From the NCBI GenBank assembly GCA_958296045.1, contig CATQHT010000001.1, forward strand, positions 773,395-837,394: a stretch of 64,000 bases of DNA. The letters are read 5' to 3'. Below the pieces are notes generated by a model, which worked only from the letters and a program-made list of their open reading frames with translations, did not search any database and was not told the DNA's origin. Positions 29,082 to 39,777 of the stretch are shown here, one piece after another. The translations under genes were made by a program, and so were the position numbers. The DNA comes from Rhodothermales bacterium. GTDB taxonomy: Bacteria > Bacteroidota > Rhodothermia > Rhodothermales > Bin80. Position 1 is the first letter of the stretch; each line of letters starts with the position of its first letter.

Positions 29082-30302
29082 TTGGCTATCACCATGCGGC
29101 AGCCACATAACGTCACGATGCTGGGCACCGGCCTGATTGGCCTGTTCTACACTACAACACTCCACCGGCAGCGTGGCACCGATCGCGTACTTGCCGTGTA
29201 CTCCCGCTCCCTCGAGCGCGCCCAGGAGTTTGCCAAGAAGCGGGACATCCCCTTCGCTACCTGCGACATGTCGGAAGCGATCCGCCATCGCGACACGGAC
29301 ACCGTGGTGATCGGGCTGCCAAACCACCTACACGAAGAAGCTGTACGCCTGTGCGCGGAGGCTGGCAAAGCGGTCCTGTGCACCAAGCCCCTGGCCCGGA
29401 CCGGTGCGGAAGCCAGACGTATCCTGCAACTGGCCGAGGAGAGTGGGATCTTCGCGGGCTACCTAGAAGATCTGGTCTACACGCCTAAGACGCTCAAGGC
29501 GCTCGCCTCCGTAAAGCGTGGCGCGCTCGGACGCATACTGTGGGTCCGGTCCCGTGAGACGCATAGCGGTCCGCACAGCGACTGGTTCTGGGACCTAAAA
29601 CAGGCTGGCGGGGGTGCCGTGGTCGACCTCGGATGCCACTGCATTGAAATCATCCGCAACTTTGTGGGCAAAGATGTGCGCCCGGTCGAAGTCATGTGCT
29701 GGGCTGACACGTTGGTGCACCCCATTGAGGCGGAAGACAATGCCATCGGACTGATCCGGTTTGCCAACGGCGCTGTCGGTCAGTTCGAGGTGAGCTGGAC
29801 GTTCCGAGGCGGCATGGATCTGCGTGACGAGGTGGCAGGTACGGAAGGTACCATCTGGCTGAATCACTTCTTGCGTACCGGCTTTGAGATGTTCACCAGC
29901 GGCGCGGGGGGCTATGTGGCCGAGAAGGCAGAGCAGGATACGGGATGGCTGTTTCCGGTAGGCGATGAGGTGGCCGAGCTCGGATACGTGGACATGTTCA
30001 CCGACATGTTTGATGCGATGGACGAAGGGCGTGCGCCGCAGGAGACGTTTTATGACGGCTACCTCGTAAATGCGATTATTGATGCCTGCTATGAAAGCGC
30101 TAATACCCGTCAATGGGAACCCGTCAGGCTATCTGACTGGCGCGGGCTGCCCGATGACAAGGTGCAATCCGTGACGGATCGCCGCGAAATTATTGACGGC
30201 ATGGAGGTGGTCAAACGCGAGCACATGCCCGATGGACGGCTCAAGCTGATTCTGCGCGACCCGGGTTCGGGAACGATGAGTCAGCGGGTGGTCGACGAAT
30301 GA
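29082..30302 (+). CDS. Gfo/Idh/MocA-family NAD(P)-dependent oxidoreductase (cytoplasmic)
   Basis: 406 aa with a Rossmann N-terminus '[13 protein letters not shown]', '..[23 protein letters not shown]', and a typical alpha/beta C-domain. Confidence 0.85.
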   Translation: MAITMRQPHNVTMLGTGLIGLFYTTTLHRQRGTDRVLAVYSRSLERAQEFAKKRDIPFATCDMSEAIRHRDTDTVVIGLPNHLHEEAVRLCAEAGKAVLCTKPLARTGAEARRILQLAEESGIFAGYLEDLVYTPKTLKALASVKRGALGRILWVRSRETHSGPHSDWFWDLKQAGGGAVVDLGCHCIEIIRNFVGKDVRPVEVMCWADTLVHPIEAEDNAIGLIRFANGAVGQFEVSWTFRGGMDLRDEVAGTEGTIWLNHFLRTGFEMFTSGAGGYVAEKAEQDTGWLFPVGDEVAELGYVDMFTDMFDAMDEGRAPQETFYDGYLVNAIIDACYESANTRQWEPVRLSDWRGLPDDKVQSVTDRREIIDGMEVVKREHMPDGRLKLILRDPGSGTMSQRVVDE

Positions 30303-31132
30303 TCCAGACACCGTTTCTGCAGGATGAGGATTTCCTTGCAGACATCGTCGCGCACCAGGATGCATGCAGGCTCTGGTGGCTTGGGCAAAGCGGATTTCTG
30401 TTGCAGTATGGAAGTCAGCGCCTCCTGTTGGATCCGTACCTGTCCGATTCACTGACGCGCAAGTATGCGACCACGGACAAGCCTCATGACCGGATGACAG
30501 GCCGGGTCGTGGCCCCGGAGTCACTAGATGGCGTGCATGTTGCGGTGTCTACACATAATCATTCCGACCACCTTGACCGGGAGACGCTGCTGCCTCTTCG
30601 GCGTGCCAACCCCGATCTGAGCCTGATCATCCCTGAAGCAAATCGGGACTTTGTTGCTCGACGCCTGGAATGTGAGGCGGACTGGCCGCTGGGGCTGGTG
30701 GACGGAGGCAACATCACCATCGGTGCTTTTACCTTTACCGGCATAGCGTCTGCGCACGAGCTGCTGCTTACCAACAGCCTCGGGCAGCACCACTACCTGG
30801 GGTACATCGTCCAGTTCGGGCGATGGACCCTCTACCATCCCGGTGATACGATGCTGTACGAAGGGCTGGTGGAACGCTTGGCACCCTTTGATATCGACAT
30901 GGCGCTACTTCCCATCAATGGCCGTGACCCCAGGCGCCGGGTAGCGGGCAACATGGATGGTGCAGAAGCCGCGCAACTGGCCAAGGATATCGGAGCCGGC
31001 GTCGTCGTGCCATGCCATTACGACATGTTCGAATTCAATACGGCCACGCCAGAGCTGTTTCGGCGTACTGCGGAACTGCTCGGGCAGCCCTTTCGCATCC
31101 TTCGCAACGGCGAAGGTATGACGCTGAACTGA
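30299..31132 (+). CDS. MBL-fold metallo-hydrolase
   Basis: 277 aa. ATGA overlap with the upstream gene. Motifs '[10 protein letters not shown]', '[10 protein letters not shown]', 'HPGDT'. Confidence 0.75.
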   Translation: MIQTPFLQDEDFLADIVAHQDACRLWWLGQSGFLLQYGSQRLLLDPYLSDSLTRKYATTDKPHDRMTGRVVAPESLDGVHVAVSTHNHSDHLDRETLLPLRRANPDLSLIIPEANRDFVARRLECEADWPLGLVDGGNITIGAFTFTGIASAHELLLTNSLGQHHYLGYIVQFGRWTLYHPGDTMLYEGLVERLAPFDIDMALLPINGRDPRRRVAGNMDGAEAAQLAKDIGAGVVVPCHYDMFEFNTATPELFRRTAELLGQPFRILRNGEGMTLN

Positions 31133-31141
31133 GCGCCAGCA

Positions 31142-32035
31142 TTAGAATTTGTCTACCGCGCGATACGCTTCGATCAGTCGCTCTTCTCCCTCCTGCCCCG
31201 GAAACATGTTGCCGTGCTCCATCCCCACAATGCCGGTGAAGCCCTTGCTGTGGATGTGCCGGAACACATTCAGGTAGTTGATTTCCCCGGTGGTAGGCTC
31301 TTTGCGGCCTGGATTGTCCCCAACCTGGAAATACCCGATTTCGTCCCAGGCGCGCTCAATGTTGGGAATGAGGTTGCCCTCGGTGATCTGCTGATGGTAC
31401 AGATCATTGAGAATCTTGCACGCCGGGCTGTCTACGGCCCGGCAGATCTCATATGCCTGCGCGATTTTGGTGAGAAACAGGCCTGGATGATTCCAAGGGT
31501 TCAGGGCCTCCAGCACCATGACCAGCCCGTGCGGTTCCAGGACGGCGCTGGCCCGTTTCAGTGACTCAATCACGTAGGCGGTCTGGTAGCCCATATCCAG
31601 ACGCGGGGCCACATGTCCCGGCACCACTGTCATCCACGTAGCATTGACGCGTTTGGCAACCTCTACAGACTCTTCAATTTCCGCGAGGAACTGCGCCCGC
31701 TTATCGGGGTCGCCGTTGGCAAGGTTGGGCTCGCCCCAGGAGATGCTGTGCGCCACAAAGACCCCCATGCGCATGTTGCGGTCCGACATCGCTTTGGCAA
31801 TGGCACGCTGGGTATCGACGCTGCGCTGTTTCATGCCGTTGTCTTCCCACGCGGTGAATCCCTGGTCTGCAGCGAACAAAATCTGATCGACCAGGTCGTT
31901 GCCTGCATGATGCTTGAACATGCCGAAATGCGGCGCATAGTGGAGATTAAATGCACCCCGCGCGGCGATATTCGGCATGCAGCCCAAAGCGGCTGCACCG
32001 GCAGCCAGCGTAGTAACGAAGCTTCTGCGTCTCAT
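31142..32035 (-). CDS. Hydroxypyruvate-isomerase-like xylose-isomerase-fold TIM-barrel protein with TAT signal
   Basis: The start is taken at 'MRRRSFVTTLAAGAAALG'. The body is Hyi-like ('FTAWEDNG', 'VAKRVNATWMTVVPG', 'YFQVGDNPGR'). Confidence 0.8.
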   Translation of the reverse strand: MRRRSFVTTLAAGAAALGCMPNIAARGAFNLHYAPHFGMFKHHAGNDLVDQILFAADQGFTAWEDNGMKQRSVDTQRAIAKAMSDRNMRMGVFVAHSISWGEPNLANGDPDKRAQFLAEIEESVEVAKRVNATWMTVVPGHVAPRLDMGYQTAYVIESLKRASAVLEPHGLVMVLEALNPWNHPGLFLTKIAQAYEICRAVDSPACKILNDLYHQQITEGNLIPNIERAWDEIGYFQVGDNPGRKEPTTGEINYLNVFRHIHSKGFTGIVGMEHGNMFPGQEGEERLIEAYRAVDKF

Positions 32036-32048
32036 TCGGTTGTCTCCC

Positions 32049-32900
32049 TTATACGTCACAGATATGGATCGCCTGCTGAAGCGATACGAGTGGCGTGCGG
32101 CTTGGAATAAACTCCTGACCCACATGCCCTGCATATCCAGTCGCCGCAATTGCGCGCATGATGGCGGGATAGTTCAGCTCCTGCGTGTCGTCAATCTCGT
32201 TGCGGCCCGGGTTGCCACCGGTATGGTAGTGGCCAATATACTGGTGGTTGTCGCGGATGGTGCGAATGACATCCCCTTCCATAATTTGCATGTGGTAGAT
32301 GTCATAGAGCAGCTTGAAATGCTCCGAGTTGAGCGCCTTGACCAGAGTTACGCCCCAAGCGGTCTTGTCGCACATGTAATCCGCATGGTCCACCTTGCTG
32401 TTAAGCAGCTCCATACACAAGGTTACATCTGCCTCGCGTGCCGCGAAAAGAAGCTCTCTAAGCCCCTTGACGCACCAGCGAAGCCCTTCCTCATCGCTCA
32501 TGCCATGCCGATTGCCCGAGAAGCAGATCACTCGGTCAAACCCCGCGTCAGCGACCTCCTGGATACGCTCGCGGTACATCGGGAGCAGCCACTCATGGTC
32601 TGCAGGGTGATTGAATCCGTTTGCCAAACGGTCCTTGCCCTCGGCTACCGGCCCAAAGGGCATGGCACAGGTTAAGCCATACTTCTTAACTATCGGCCAT
32701 TCTTCGGGCTCTAACAGCTCGACGGAGCTGATACCCATGCGGGCCGCTGCCTGGGCCAGCTCCTCTACGGTGAGGTCCCGATAGCACCAGCGGCACACGG
32801 AGTGGTTGATATTGCCTTTAAGTGCGGGAATAGCTCCCGGAAGCAGGCTCGCGGCCGCAGCGCCAACGAGACCGGTTCTGACAAATTCACGTCGTTCCAT
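32049..32900 (-). CDS. Hydroxypyruvate-isomerase-like TIM-barrel protein with TAT-like signal
   Basis: 283 aa with 'MERREFVRTGLVGAAAASL', 'INHSVCRWCY', 'GHYHTGGNPGRNE'. Confidence 0.8.
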   Translation of the reverse strand: MERREFVRTGLVGAAAASLLPGAIPALKGNINHSVCRWCYRDLTVEELAQAAARMGISSVELLEPEEWPIVKKYGLTCAMPFGPVAEGKDRLANGFNHPADHEWLLPMYRERIQEVADAGFDRVICFSGNRHGMSDEEGLRWCVKGLRELLFAAREADVTLCMELLNSKVDHADYMCDKTAWGVTLVKALNSEHFKLLYDIYHMQIMEGDVIRTIRDNHQYIGHYHTGGNPGRNEIDDTQELNYPAIMRAIAATGYAGHVGQEFIPSRTPLVSLQQAIHICDV

Positions 32901-32934
32901 TTGGTGGCAGGCTTTCTACGGCGAGAGCGGCAAA

Positions 32935-33819
32935 TCAGGTAGGCAGGATGCGGTCCATGCGCCTAGCTATTTCTTGCAGTCGGATGCGGTCTCCTCCAGC
33001 AATTTCGGCTGTAGCCCAACCCTCAAAACCAATATCCGCCAGTGCCTCGGTCACGGCTGGCCAGTCACAGTCGCCCTGTCCCAGCGGCACGCGGAATCCG
33101 GCATAAGGACCTTCGAGGTCGCGTTTCTGGCGACTGTATTCCTTGATGTCGAGTTTGATGATCCGATGGCCCAGCGTGCGGATCCAGTGCTCCGGCCAGC
33201 CATAGTTGACCACATTGCCGACGTCGAAGTACCAGCCCACCATGTCGCTTTTAAATTCGTCGACGTAACGTGCGCACTCCAGCGGGCTGAGCAAGAACAT
33301 GTTCCACACATTCTCGAACGCGATCCTGACGCCGAGCTCCGCGGCAAGGGGGAGTGCTTTGCGCACCTCCGCCTGCGACCGCTCATAGGCCTGCGCGTAC
33401 GAAGTAGTCTTGTTCACCACGGCAGGGATCAAAAGAACCGTGGATGCACCGTATGCGTGAGCATCTTCGAGCGCGGTCATAAGGCCAGCCAGACCCTCGG
33501 CGCGTATAGCCGGGTCAGCATCGGACAGTGGTTTCTGCCAGTGGACGGAATCCACAACACCGTGGATAACAAGACCCGTCTCATCTCTTGCGCTGACTAC
33601 CTCGTCACGATCTAGGTCGCTGGGACTGTCCATCTCCACGCCGTCAAAGCCAAGCGATTGCAAGAGCTCAAATTTCTCCAGGATGGACAACGGCTCCTGC
33701 ACCATGCCGAACTTGACCGCTTTCTTGATGGTGCCCTGGCGAATTCCCCAAGGGCGAAAGCCTGCTGCCAGTGCGGCGGCGCCCACTACGCCCGTCTGCA
33801 TGAATGCGCGTCGCTTCAT
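32935..33819 (-). CDS. Sugar phosphate isomerase/epimerase (xylose-isomerase-like TIM barrel) with TAT signal
   Basis: 294 aa with 'MKRRAFMQTGVVGAAALAAG', 'GFDGVEMD', 'IAFENVWN', 'YFDVGNVVNYGWPEHW'. Confidence 0.8.
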   Translation of the reverse strand: MKRRAFMQTGVVGAAALAAGFRPWGIRQGTIKKAVKFGMVQEPLSILEKFELLQSLGFDGVEMDSPSDLDRDEVVSARDETGLVIHGVVDSVHWQKPLSDADPAIRAEGLAGLMTALEDAHAYGASTVLLIPAVVNKTTSYAQAYERSQAEVRKALPLAAELGVRIAFENVWNMFLLSPLECARYVDEFKSDMVGWYFDVGNVVNYGWPEHWIRTLGHRIIKLDIKEYSRQKRDLEGPYAGFRVPLGQGDCDWPAVTEALADIGFEGWATAEIAGGDRIRLQEIARRMDRILPT

Positions 33820-35120
33820 GGTGACGTCTCCGCCCAGGGCGCCCGAGACAGCTGCGTGCGGCCGGGTACGGCCACCGCTGGAAATGGCATGGGCCCAAAC
33901 GCTAGCGAGGGTGGAACTAGGCTCTGGCCCGAACTCATGAGTGCTTCCCAGGTTAGTTCTTCGCCGGTGTAGGCGCTTTCGCGCCCCAGCACGGCCGTCA
34001 AGGTGCTGTCGGCTATCTGCTGTGCCTCATTAATATACGTATCGCTCCGGATGGCGGCGATCAGGTCCGTATGCTCCTGCACATATGCGTTAAGGCCCGG
34101 CTCGGTCATCTCAAACAGCGTTTCGCCCTGGTATGATACAAGGCGTGAATGCCTGGGATGGAGCTCTGCGGTCCCCAGAGTGCCGACGATCCTGTTGGTG
34201 ACACGCCGCGTGCCCTCAACAAACTGGCGGCACTTGGCTTCTACGCGCGCACCGCCCGGATATACATATTCGATGCTGAAGTGGTCATAGATGTGACCGT
34301 AGGACGGATCCACGCGCTCAATGCGTCCTCCCATGCCGATACAGGACTCGGGGTGGGACTGAAACACCCAGTTGATCACATCCAGGTTGTGCACGAACTG
34401 CTCGACGATGTGGTCTCCAGAGAGCCACGTGAAATAGTACCAGTTGCGGCACTGCCATTCCATGTCGGACATGCCCGGCTTGCGTGCATGCAGCCAGATG
34501 GGTCCCGTCAGATAATACTCCTGGGCCGCCACGACCTGGCCGATCATGCCGTCGTGGATGCGTCGCACCGCTTCCACAAAGCTCGGCTGGCGGCGGTACA
34601 GCGTGCCTGCCACCACAGAAAGCCCTTTTTCTGACGCCACCTTACCAGCCGCCATGATCTGTTGCGCACCGGCCACATCCACGGAGACCGGTTTCTCCAT
34701 GAAGACATGCTTGCCAGCTTCTATGGCTGCGTCAAAGTGGGTGGGCCTGAACCCGGGCGGTGTGGCCAGGATCACCATATCCACATCGCTTACCATCACC
34801 CCTTGGTAAGCGTCGAAACCGACGAAGCGATGTGCCGGATCCACTTGGAGGGCCTCCCCTATCGCTTCCTGTAGCCCTGCGTAGGAACGATCCAGCCGGT
34901 CTTCGAAGAGGTCGGCCATGGCCGTGATACGGACGTTGTCTGCTCCTACGACGGCGTCGCGCGCAGCGCCGGTGCCACGGCCACCGCAGCCGACGAGGCC
35001 CACCTTCAGGACATCTGATCCAGCGGCGTACGCAAAGTTGCCGGAAGCCATCAGGGAGGCCGTCGTTGCCGCAGAGACTTTCAAAAAGCTCCGGCGCGAC
35101 ATCGGATTCTGGGTAGACAT
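33816..35120 (-). CDS. Gfo/Idh/MocA-family oxidoreductase with TAT signal (periplasmic)
   Basis: 434 aa with 'MSRRSFLKVSAATTASL', 'KVGLVGCGGRGTGAA', 'ATPPGFRPTHFDAAIEAGKHVFMEKP'. It overlaps the downstream gene by 4 nt. Confidence 0.85.
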   Translation of the reverse strand: MSTQNPMSRRSFLKVSAATTASLMASGNFAYAAGSDVLKVGLVGCGGRGTGAARDAVVGADNVRITAMADLFEDRLDRSYAGLQEAIGEALQVDPAHRFVGFDAYQGVMVSDVDMVILATPPGFRPTHFDAAIEAGKHVFMEKPVSVDVAGAQQIMAAGKVASEKGLSVVAGTLYRRQPSFVEAVRRIHDGMIGQVVAAQEYYLTGPIWLHARKPGMSDMEWQCRNWYYFTWLSGDHIVEQFVHNLDVINWVFQSHPESCIGMGGRIERVDPSYGHIYDHFSIEYVYPGGARVEAKCRQFVEGTRRVTNRIVGTLGTAELHPRHSRLVSYQGETLFEMTEPGLNAYVQEHTDLIAAIRSDTYINEAQQIADSTLTAVLGRESAYTGEELTWEALMSSGQSLVPPSLAFGPMPFPAVAVPGRTQLSRAPWAETSP

Positions 35121-36689
35121 AGGCTGCAGAGTTGGGAATCTTGGAATATACTAACCACAGGTATAGCAGGTACAAGCTGCGCCTTTGTTCGCATCTCTCC
35201 AGGTACATCTGCCGAAGAGGCCGACAACAGGGTCGTCCTGCTGACTTGGCCTTCCTCGCCACTACAAGTCGGGTCGCGACAGCAACCTCTGATGCCCATC
35301 CCTCAGTGGAACAATCCTGTGGACTCAAGCCTGAAAGCTCCGCGTTTCCACTAATAATGGCTCACCCCCTGACCATCCGCAGATGTTCGCAGAAGGATCG
35401 CATGACATGGAGTAAGCTGGAGACTATGATTACATGGTGCTGGCCAGCGCTCATGATCAAACGCCCCTGGCCTGATCAACGATATGTCGCCACGCATGCC
35501 GTTGCGCCCCAAGGGAGGAGCCAGATGCGTTAACGCGCCTGTCTGGAGCTGTGCGGGGGGCCCGGGGAAACCCGGGTCCCTATCGCGAGGTCATCCGCTG
35601 AACCTTGCGATGAGCGCCACGGCAAATGTAACCTAGTGCGCAGACTTACGTATACTGGGTTGTTACCGGATCGGTCTTAACTCAACTCCGTGCTTATGTC
35701 AAGAGGGCAGCTGGAGCTAATTGCACGTACGCGGCACAACGACTTTTGGGGGGACGCGGCAGCGGACCATCATGATATAAAACCGATTTCTCGAATCTTA
35801 GAGGAGCGTAGCTTGATCCGCGATTCTGAACATGTTGGGGGTGTGCGCTGCATGGTGGGAGAGGTAGATGACGAGGTTCCTCCCGCAAGCGTGACAGTAT
35901 ATTTGGTCAGCGGATCCGCGGGCAGCGCAGAGGAGGTTCGTGAAGTACGCTTAGAAATGGAGGTAGTAGAATTCTTCCGATTATTCAAGCAGTTCGCAAT
36001 TGTACTGGAGCCATTTGCGGCGTAGCGCCAAGGGGCTTCCTGAGTGGGTACGGGTGTGATGCAAACTTAGCTGTCGCTGCTCTGCGCTGTTCGCCTGTGT
36101 TGGTGCAAGCCGTAGACGGAGTGTACGCGGCCTCTGACCCGCTCCCAGTGGTGGTCGGCGTTCTCAAAACATGAGGCGTGCTTATCGATCTCCTCGGGCA
36201 TGATGGCCAGCGCCTGAATCCGTTTCCGAAGTTTATCCAGCTCGTTCTGGGCATTCAATACGACCTGCCCGACCTGCCGTCCGTTGATGCCCTCGGGGGT
36301 GCCCAGCACGCCGCAACGCTTTTGTCCTAACGCGAGTGCTCATGTACGCCCGGTGGCGGCATTGCTGCATGCCACGTAATCTCTGTCGGCCGTCGCCCTC
36401 CGAAGTACTGCTTCCAGCTCAGAGGACCTGTGCTTGATCACGCCCCATACGCGAACTCAACACCATTAGCCTACGTTATCGCCTATACATACCTGCCCCC
36501 CAAGCGTTCCGCCATCTTGTGGTCCTGTCCCCAGTCCACCAAGCCAGTATAGCTTTGTGCGTGTCGCTATGCATGGTGGGTCCAGAGTTACGCTGCTCTT
36601 CGCGACTGCCAACAGGCCTTCCGTTCGCGTGATTTTACGTGTCTGTTACCATACCTAGTGACATGGATAGGTGGCTGCGTATTCCGCTT

Positions 36690-36779
36690 CAAATCGACCA
36701 GTGGTTCCACGGGAAATCGACCACCGATTCCACGGCAAATCGACCAGTGGCTCCACGGCAAATCGACCACCTGAGCTGG
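36690..36779. repeat. IS21 left-end subterminal direct repeats (3.9 x 23 nt, 'aaatcgaccaNNgNttccacgg')
   Basis: Read directly: 36690-36712, 36713-36735, 36736-36758, and a partial unit at 36759-36779. Confidence 0.85.
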
Positions 36780-36946
36780 CGCGCGCCGACCGGTGGCGGC
36801 GGGGTGTAGGAGGTCGGTTAACGGGCCTGCCAAATTGGCAGTCTGGCGGAGTTAGAAACGGGTTATTGTTGCCTGTCGCGGGTGATGGCGGCAGGGCAAG
36901 CGCAGGTGGTATCGTACCCTCTTTACTTACCAAAAGAGGGGTACTT

Positions 36947-38509
36947 ATGCCAAACAAGAGGGTTGTTATGCGTGTTTTGTGGGACGTTCTGCGGTTGTCT
37001 GCGGAGTCTGATTTGAGCGTACGTGGTATTGGTCGTGCGCTGGGAATATCGCACAGCACGGTACTTGGTTACTTGCGTCGTGCTAAGGCAGCGGGTGTGC
37101 ATTGGCCTTTGCCCGAGGGTATGCCGGAGGCCAAGTTGAAGGCATTGCTTTATGGTCCGCCGGAGGTTGCCAAGGAGACGCGTCCGTTGCCGGACTGGTC
37201 CGAGGTGGAGCGTAAGATGCAGGTCAAGGGGTTCACGCGGCGCCTGATGTGGGAGCGGTACAGGCGGGACCACAGCGATGGTTACGGCTACAGCAAGTTC
37301 TGCGCTCTTTACTCTGCCTGGAAGAAGGAATTTGGCCAGGTGACGGTTCCGATGGATCATCCTGCGGGTCATTCGGCCTTCGTGGACTATGCAGGCATGC
37401 GCCTGGAGGCGATAGACCAGCTTACGCGTAAGCGGCGTCGGGTGGAGACCTTTGTTGGTGTGCTGGGATTCTCCAATTATCTCTACGTTGAGGCGACGTG
37501 GACGCAGCGTCTTGGGGACTGGCTGGGCTCGCATCGTCGCATGTTCGAGTATTTCGGGGCGGTGCCTTCCTATGTGGTCTGTGACAATTTGAAGAGTGGC
37601 GTGCGCAAGGCCCACCGATACGATCCGGAGATCAATCCGTCGTATCAGGACCTTGCGATGCACTACAAGACCGTGGTTGTGCCTACGCGTCCCGGGAAGC
37701 CCAGGGACAAGGCCAAGGTCGAGCAAGCCGTGTTGCATGCAGAGAGGCGCATTCTGGCTCCGTTAAGCGATAAGCGTTTCATCGGTCTAGCGCATGTGAA
37801 CCGGCACATTCGTGTCCATCTGAAGGAGCTTAACGAGCGGCCTTTTCAGAAGCTGGAAGGCAGTCGTAAGAGCTGGTTTGACACGTGGGAGCGATCAGCG
37901 ATGAAGCCCTTGCCGGCGGAGCCGTACGAGCACGCGGAGTGGCGCAAAGCCAAGGTGCACAGAGATGCGCACATCGAGGTGCGCTGGCACCGTTATAGCG
38001 TTCCTTATCGATATGTAGGGCGTTCGGTACAGGTTCGCCTTACAGATACCACCCTGGAGGTATTTTTTGACGACAAACGGGTGGCGACGCACCCGCGTAG
38101 CCACCAGAAAGGGGTCACCACCAAGGATGAACACATGCCGGACTCCCAGCGCCAACTGAAGGATACGAGCCGCTTCGTAACCGAGGCAGAACGTATCGGG
38201 CCGGACACACACAAGGTCGTGCAGCAGATCATCGATGCTGAACGGCACCCGCTGATTCGTTACCGCACGCTCATGGGCCTGCTCCGCTTGGCTCGCATCT
38301 ACGGTAAGAGCCGCATGGAAAACGCGTGTACGCGGGCAATCGCTATCGGCACCCGCTCGTACAGGAGCATCGCGTCCATCCTGAAGAATGGACTCGACAA
38401 GCATCCGCTGGACTCGGTGTCTCCGCCTCCCATAGACCATGACAACATCCGGGGCCCAAGCTATTACGACACCAAATCGGATTCTCCTCACCAAACCTCG
38501 AAGGACTGA
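36947..38509 (+). CDS. istA: IS21-family transposase IstA
   Basis: The start is taken at 'MPNKRVVMRVLWDVLRLSAES.LSVRGIGRALGISHSTVLGYLRRA' (HTH). DDE core '..FVDYAG..', 'VVCDNLKSGV', 'PGKPRDKAKVEQAV'. The track ORF extends upstream into the IS end. Confidence 0.9.
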   Translation: MPNKRVVMRVLWDVLRLSAESDLSVRGIGRALGISHSTVLGYLRRAKAAGVHWPLPEGMPEAKLKALLYGPPEVAKETRPLPDWSEVERKMQVKGFTRRLMWERYRRDHSDGYGYSKFCALYSAWKKEFGQVTVPMDHPAGHSAFVDYAGMRLEAIDQLTRKRRRVETFVGVLGFSNYLYVEATWTQRLGDWLGSHRRMFEYFGAVPSYVVCDNLKSGVRKAHRYDPEINPSYQDLAMHYKTVVVPTRPGKPRDKAKVEQAVLHAERRILAPLSDKRFIGLAHVNRHIRVHLKELNERPFQKLEGSRKSWFDTWERSAMKPLPAEPYEHAEWRKAKVHRDAHIEVRWHRYSVPYRYVGRSVQVRLTDTTLEVFFDDKRVATHPRSHQKGVTTKDEHMPDSQRQLKDTSRFVTEAERIGPDTHKVVQQIIDAERHPLIRYRTLMGLLRLARIYGKSRMENACTRAIAIGTRSYRSIASILKNGLDKHPLDSVSPPPIDHDNIRGPSYYDTKSDSPHQTSKD

Positions 38510-39288
38510 TGCTCCTACACCCTACCCTTGACAAGCTCGAGCAGATGCGTCTGCATGGCATGGCGCGCGCGCTGCGTGATCAGCTTACCCAACCGGAAAT
38601 GGAACAGCTCCCGTTCATGGACCGCCTGGGCCTATTGGTTGACCACGAGGAGATCGTGCGATACAACAATCGCCTGCGGTCGCGCCTACGCCGCGCCCGG
38701 TTACGCCAGGAGGCCTCCATGGCCGATCTGGACTATCGTCGCGGTCGCAATCTGGATCGGCGCCTGATGGCCTCGCTTTCCACCTGCGACTGGGTGGGCA
38801 AACATCACAATGTGATCATTACCGGACCCACCGGTGTCGGCAAGAGCTTCGTGGCGTGCGCGCTGGCGCATAAAGCCTGCATAGAGGGGTTCACCGTACG
38901 CTACCACCGACTGCATCGTCTTCTGGAAGATCTGCAACTCGCGCACGGGGACGGACGCTTCCTGAAACTGCTGAAGCAGTTGACGCGCTTCCACCTACTG
39001 GTTCTCGATGACTGGGGGTTGTCACGAATCAGTGCGCTGCACCAGCGGGATCTGCTTGAGCTAATCGATGATCGGTATCAGAAGGGATCCATCGTCGTTA
39101 CCAGTCAGATGCCTGTGAGTGTGTGGCACGAAGGCATGGAAGACCCAACACTCGCTGATGCTATCCTGGATCGCCTCATTCACAATGCACACCACATCGC
39201 GCTGAAGGGAGAGTCCATGAGACAGCGTCTGCCACAATGGCAGAACCTTCCAGAGAAGACAAGCGTAACTGACGCCAGACAGCCGTGA
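38509..39288 (+). CDS. istB: IS21-family ATP-binding helper IstB
   Basis: 259 aa with Walker A 'ITGPTGVGKSF', Walker B 'LLVLDDWG', 'AILDRLIHNAHHIALKGESMR'. Confidence 0.9.
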   Translation: MLLHPTLDKLEQMRLHGMARALRDQLTQPEMEQLPFMDRLGLLVDHEEIVRYNNRLRSRLRRARLRQEASMADLDYRRGRNLDRRLMASLSTCDWVGKHHNVIITGPTGVGKSFVACALAHKACIEGFTVRYHRLHRLLEDLQLAHGDGRFLKLLKQLTRFHLLVLDDWGLSRISALHQRDLLELIDDRYQKGSIVVTSQMPVSVWHEGMEDPTLADAILDRLIHNAHHIALKGESMRQRLPQWQNLPEKTSVTDARQP

Positions 39289-39348
39289 AAATGGTACCCA
39301 GAACAGTCACGATGCAGCGCTATCCAGCGCGGACTCAGCACGCCGAAT

Positions 39349-39428
39349 CAGGTGGTCGATTAACCGTGGAATCGGTGGTCGCCATACCGTGGAACGAGTG
39401 GTTTTTTTTCGTGGAATATGCAGTGGCA
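39349..39428. repeat. IS21 right-end subterminal repeats (inverted copies of the left-end repeat)
   Basis: 'caggtggtcgatt..ccgtggaatcggtggtcgcc..ccgtggaacgagtgg..cgtggaatatgcagtggca'. Confidence 0.8.
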
Positions 39429-39777
39429 CCAAGGGTCGGAAAAAGGTCGACCGAACACCCCGGTTATGCGGCGTAGGATGCATACTCTAATCGAAGCCAC
39501 GAGTTGTACCACCGAAGATATGTACAGGGACATCCTGTGTACCTGCGCGCATTGGCATGTGACGGCTTCGTTTGGCCACGGGCGCGGATCATCATGGAGC
39601 ATGAAGCGCTTTTCTACTCTGCCGAAACCTCCTTCCCCTGCCCTCCTCTCAATCTCCCCTCTCCACCTACAAGGATATTGATCTGCGCTGCATTTGGTAC
39701 ACGTCGCCCTAAATTGGCGGCCCGCTCTCTGCCGCACCGGTCCAACAATCAAGCCTGCGTGGGGCGTTCGGACCCGG

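Larger units (their letters stand above)
36672..39428 (+). mobile_element. IS21-family insertion sequence (istA-istB), ~2.76 kb
   Basis: It has 5'-TG...CA-3' termini with imperfect IRs ('tggctgcgtattcc..gttccacgg' vs the reverse complement 'tgccactgcatattcc..gttccacgg'). Both ends carry multiple subterminal 23-nt repeats. istA and istB are intact and overlap by 1 nt (TGATG). Confidence 0.85.

Noticed and set aside
36690-36779. CRISPR-like short direct repeats (23 nt x ~4).
   Set aside because: The repeats are contiguous with no spacers and are mirrored in inverted orientation at 39349-39428. They flank istA/istB, which makes them classic IS21 multiple terminal repeats.
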